A stretch of DNA of 64,000 nt from Callorhinchus milii (taxonomy: Eukaryota). Position 1 is the first letter of the stretch, and each line of letters starts with the position of its first letter. The stretch lies in NCBI RefSeq assembly GCF_018977255.1, contig NW_024704743.1, positions 7,194,001 to 7,258,000 of the forward strand, given 5' to 3'. Under the pieces are notes generated by a model. That model saw only the letters and a program-made list of their open reading frames with translations, had not been told where the DNA came from and ran no database searches. Shown in pieces: positions 60,296 to 64,000 of this stretch. The translations under genes were made by a program, and so were the position numbers.

Positions 60296-62244
60296 GAAGA
60301 GCAGTTTTAATCTGTAGTGACAGCAGTATCACAGTTGGTTCATTTTTAATTCATACGGAATCTCACTGAAACCCACTAGTTACATGAAGAAGTTTAATTG
60401 AAAACAGCCATCTATTCAGATTCTACCCCAATTAACTCTCTGTGTAAGCAAAGCTTGGATCTCACTTGGCATCACTCCAACACACATTACTGAGACCACT
60501 TTGCAAGCCAGAAATTCCTTTCTCTTAACTTTTGTTAGAGTGCCATGTTTTGGGGACATGATTGTGCAGCCAGACTTAGTTAGAAATGAAGAAAAAGTAC
60601 TTTATTATACAATTTGAGTGATATAGTTGCTGAATTTACTAGGCTCCCACATGTTGATGAAATGATGAGGTTCATTTATGATCATGGGGAGGTGATATTA
60701 GTGAGTAAGTTTGATCAAAGTTCAATATACATCACTACAAGATACCGTTGGTCATTTTTGTATAATACTTTCTGTAGTACTTTTTTCACAACTAATAAAT
60801 CAAAGGATTTTTTTATAACCATTTGACATAAATCATTTTCAGACATGATCAGAAGAGCAGCATAGAATTTTAAAGATATTTAACATTTAAAATATTAAAC
60901 TTTTTTGTTCTGATTATTCACTCCCTCTCACATTCCGTCCTATTTGTTCCAGTTACTCTCTATTTTACTCTACAATGACCCACAACCACCATGAGCCATT
61001 GCTCCTCCAAATTTTTCTTTCTTCGAGCTCCCGAGCCTCAAATAATGGGAGTGGGAATGGGAAAAACAAGAATAAGAATGACGTCTCAACCCTTGAAAAA
61101 ATGCCTCAGACATAAACAAGAACAACTTAAATTTATTTAGCACCCTTCACTCAGGATAGCATATCGGATTGCTGCACAATGGCGGAGTTGGACAACATGG
61201 AAGAGGGAAGAGGGAGAGGGAGGTGAAGAGGTAGGTCCTAAAGTAGATAATGTAAAGAGGGGGTGAGATGGAGGGATTGAGGCAGGGAATTCCAAAGGTT
61301 AGGGACATAAACAATGGGCACCAGTGGTGATGTTGCTATTTTTGCAACATTTTATTTATAAATGTTTAAACGCACAAGATAAACAAAACAAATACAGTCC
61401 AGGAATCAACCACGGAAACATTAACAGGAAAAAATTCCAAAGTACTTTTTTTTCATAAGATTACTAATTTTAGCAATCAGTGTAAAGTAACTCCAGTCAT
61501 AAACTGTGACAGTCAAATGACCATACTTAATGGTTTTGATAAGCCAAGTCTTATTTTCTGTAATATTATACGGTATACATGGTATACACATTATATGCTA
61601 TACGTGTCACTTAAATTGGACATGAGACATAAGATTAAGACATAATGTTCACACTGGCCTGTTTATGTTACCCTCGTTTTTTTATGTTATAGTCTGAGAA
61701 AGAGAATTCATTAACTGCTGAGTTTCACTTTATCGATTTCTTGGCTGGAGAACTTGCAGATCCCATCCTATGCCTTTGATTGCCCATTCCCAAGACTGCA
61801 CATGAGTTCGTAACATGGAGCATTTATTTCTAATCTGCTGGTAATGCTGTCTTCGCTGCCATATTTATCCTCTGAGGACTGCTGTCGACAGCAACAGGAA
61901 GTCAACCCCAAACAGAAGGATGTTGAACATGTTGCTAGTTTCCTCAACTGCTGAAGAAGATGGTAATCTCTGGGGAATTACTGTTTAAGGGTGAGGTACT
62001 TCCTGTATAAAGGGGACATTACAACTGAGCCAAGTCCTGTTCTTATCTGGCACAGACACACGCACATAGTTAATTAGGAACCAGAGCAAGGAGCCTGCCT
62101 TTTCCCCTCCTCTCCTTATCTTCAGGATGCTGAATGTTGCATCCCACTGACCGGGGATTAAATCTTCCTGGAGTAATGTGGTTAGTGTCACATGACGCAC
62201 TACCTTCACTCACTGAGCCATTGAGATGTAGATGTAGAAAAAAA

Positions 62245-62550
62245 ATTCTTGCATTTGATATAGTGCCTTATCATGCCATTGAGATGTCTCAAAGTGTCTT
62301 CACAAGATATACTATAAAGTGAATTGATTGTGTATTTTGTGGGCAAAACGCGGCAGCCAATTGCACAGTCGTGGATTGAGTGACCAAATTGTTATTTTTT
62401 TGGGTGCAGAGAGGAATTGTTACCCCCCCGGAAAAGCAATCCGCCAATCGACTAACAATTAGGTTCCTACTTACTGCTAGGTAAGCAGAGGCGTGTGGAA
62501 TAAGGAAACTTGCCTATGGTTTCGCCCAGCCTGGCAATCGAACCTAGGAG
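62245..62550 (-). mobile_element. SINE type 2
   Basis: ggttcctacttactgctaggtaagcagaggcgtgtggaataaggaaacttgcc. Confidence 0.85.
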
Positions 62551-62559
62551 CTCAAATAA

Positions 62560-63230
62560 ATCTTTCACCTTTTTTTTCCCCATACTTGAGACATTATATG
62601 CAACCACCTTTCTAACTTTTCAATCGCTTACATCAATGATGGCGATGGAGGGGAACAGACACGGTTTATTCTCAGCATCTTCACTCAACTGCTTTTTTCC
62701 ACAATGTCTCACCTGCCCAGTCCCTTCTGTCTGCAGTCTATCCATCCACCTTCTTTCTCAGCTGTCCCCAATCCGTTCATGTCTATCAATCTTTTTCTAC
62801 AGTTTCTGACCCGCCCAGCCTCTTCTTTAACGCAATCTCCTACCACATCTCCAATTCTGGCTCACACTCATCCTATCGAGACTTGATTACGCTAACACTC
62901 TGATTGTCAGTCTTTCCAACTCTTCCTTCCACAAACTGCAGATTATTCAGAACTCTGCAGCTTGTGTCCTGTCCCACATCAGGCTCCGTGACCCTATCAA
63001 CCTCATCCTTGCCCAGCTCCACTGGTCCCCATCCCCCAGAGGATAGAGTTCAAAATCCTTATCCTCGTCTTCAAAGCTCCTCCTTACCTCTTGATCTGCT
63101 AACCCCATACCAGCCTGTCTGCTCCCTCTGCTCGGCGGTTTCTGGTCTGCTCCACATCCCCTTCCCTACCTGCCCCACCATTAGCTGTTAAGCCTTCAGC
63201 TTCTCTGCGCCCACCCTTTGAAACTCTATC
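62560..63230 (+). mobile_element. L2 LINE RT C-terminal fragment (decayed)
   Basis: tcgagacttgattacgctaac (SRLDYAN), cagctccactgg...aggatagagttcaaaatcctt (QLHW...RIEFKIL). Confidence 0.85.
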
Positions 63231-63234
63231 CCGC

Positions 63235-64000
63235 AATCAACAGCAACAACAACAAAATTACATTTATAGAGCGCCTTTCATGCCGGGAGGATGTCCCAAA
63301 GCTCTGAACAGTCAGGTGTCGAGGCCTGAGCATGGTGGAGGAGTGGTGCAGGGGTGAGGGAAGGCAAAGAGGTGGGAGGGCGACCAAAGGCACGATCGAA
63401 GAGAAGGATCTTGAGACCGGCCTTGAAAGAGGCAAGGGAGGAAGTGAGGTGAAGGGACTGTGGGATGGAGTTCCAGAGTGTGGGAGCAGAAAGGCTGAAA
63501 GCCCGGCCACCAATGGTAGGGCGGGTCGGGTGGGAGACATGGAGCAGACTGGAGCCCGCTGAATGGAGGGAGCGGGCAGGTTGGTAGGGCGTCAGCAGGT
63601 CAGACAGGTAAGAGGGGGCAAGGCCATGGATGGCCTTGAAAGTGAGGACAAGGATCTTGAACTCGATCCTCTGGGGGATGGGGAGCCAGTGGAGTCAGGC
63701 GAGGGTGGGAGTGATGGGGTCGCGGAGCCTGGTGTGTGAGAGTACACGAGCTGCAGAGTTTTGGATGATCTGCAGCTTGTGAAGGGAAGAGGTGGGAAGG
63801 CCGATGAGAAGGGAGTTTCCGTAATCGAACCTTGATGGGACAAATGTCTGGGTGAGGGTTTCGGCAGCCTGTGGGGTGAGGCAGTGTCGGAGTCTGGCAA
63901 GCCGTTTGCAGTGACGAAGTGGAGGCGGTGTAAAAGGTAGGACCTGAACCAGTCAAGGACAGAGCCTTGAAGGTTGAGGTGGGAGGAGAGGCGGTGGAGG
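63235..64000 (-). mobile_element. L2 LINE 3' portion with tail, runs off window end
   Basis: Tail caacaacaac; rc encodes SRFDYGNS...LHWLPIPQRIEFKILVLTFKAIHGLAP. Confidence 0.9.

Noticed and set aside
60614..60826. Protein-like ORF with a possible GTGAGT donor near 60701
   Set aside because: Poor acceptor and no recognisable domain.

Overview
Non-coding vertebrate DNA, most likely from a cartilaginous fish and plausibly a chimaera. This is inferred from the repeat inventory: SacSINE1/AmnSINE1-type DeuSINEs, L2 LINEs with (GTT)n tails, shark-type CR1 tails and a shark-type Penelope-like terminus. No intact host protein-coding gene is visible. The only ORFs with recognisable homology are decayed L2 reverse transcriptase fragments (3.5-4.8, 15.6-16.0, 18.6-19.1 and 62.6-64.0 kb). 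Roughly half the window is short retroposon debris. Between the repeats are many 200-900 bp repeat-free islands rich in homeodomain, TALE and SOX motifs, as expected in a large intron or gene desert of a developmental regulator; their conservation cannot be tested here. Main leads: (1) a minimal type-I hammerhead ribozyme motif in a Penelope-like remnant (37634-37670, minus); (2) minus-strand splice signals, namely a candidate promoter/first exon near 28.9-29.4 kb, a 10-nt microexon at 8023-8032 and a GATA/AP-1-flanked donor at 3077; (3) an unassigned, structured, A-tailed repeat family of about 600 bp; (4) a palindromic MITE-like family; (5) five short local duplications and one inverted duplication. 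I found no convincing novel multi-gene system. Repeat boundaries were read by eye (about +/-20 bp).
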